This document shows, piece by piece, positions 32,121-32,367 of a DNA stretch of 32,367 nt; the stretch's first letter is position 1, and each line of letters begins with the position of its first letter. The stretch comes from a virus (taxonomy: Duplodnaviria; Caudoviricetes), in IMG/VR virus record IMGVR_UViG_3300044512_002795, positions 1-32,367 of that record; one strand, written 5' to 3'. The position numbers and the translations under genes were made by a program. The notes beneath the pieces were generated by a model. It was not told where the DNA came from, did not search any database, and saw only the letters and a program-made list of their open reading frames with translations.

Positions 32121-32367
32121 TTAAACTAAAGCAACGTCAAAATCAGCGTTAAGTGTGCCTCCTCCTCCGTTTGCATCAACTGCGCTTACCGTAATATCAG
32201 TTTTAGGTTTTAAAAAGTTAGGAAAAGGAAGTATTTGGTCAACATTATGAGTAGTGCCTACGGAAGTAACCTCTTGGACACGAAAGATTTTTCCGTATTC
32301 TCTTGTTTTGATTTGAACTGTATAATCTATCGAGGAAGAACTTCCGGGGTTGCTGGCGCTCATGTGG
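32121..32367 (-). CDS. C-terminal part of a probable virion/structural protein (starts outside window)
   Basis: Frame is open to the right edge. Beta-rich ...LKPKTDITVSA...ADFDVALV terminus. Confidence 0.5.
   Translation of the reverse strand, partial: HMSASNPGSSSSIDYTVQIKTREYGKIFRVQEVTSVGTTHNVDQILPFPNFLKPKTDITVSAVDANGGGGTLNADFDVALV

Noticed and set aside
1-32367. Stop-codon reassignment, tRNA/rRNA genes, introns or inteins
   Set aside because: Genes tile densely under the standard code, with TAA, TAG (18458) and TGA (27728) all used as stops. Intergenic gaps are too short for RNA genes, and terL and portal appear uninterrupted.

Overview
AT-rich 32-kb segment of a large tailed dsDNA phage (Caudoviricetes-like; host not determinable), standard genetic code. 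Most genes are on the minus strand and tightly coupled. In transcription order they are: zinc-ribbon protein, sigma-70-family factor with a Cys-rich insert, coiled-coil protein (possible small terminase), C2H2/ERCC4 nuclease, large terminase, portal, tail-tube-like protein, two tail/fibre accessory proteins, two giant GNVGIGT-repeat fibre proteins (3324 aa with a C-terminal S74 chaperone, and 2524 aa), a small putative fibre chaperone, and a truncated GT4-like glycosyltransferase. The right end holds accessory genes (PhoH, MscS-like, DUF6582-like, degenerate zincin-like, hypotheticals). Two signals stand out. (1) The fibre genes are arrays of variable in-frame cassettes of about 200-800 bp bounded by a repeat conserved at the DNA level (GGTAATGTTGGTATAGGTAC, 16 exact copies counted by eye). 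A cassette duplication and a cassette indel both break at this repeat, suggesting a repeat-mediated fibre-module shuffling system. (2) An (A)GTGTA motif lies 9-23 nt upstream of eight start codons and is a candidate phage-specific promoter, possibly read by the encoded sigma factor. All protein family calls come from motif recognition; no database searches were run.
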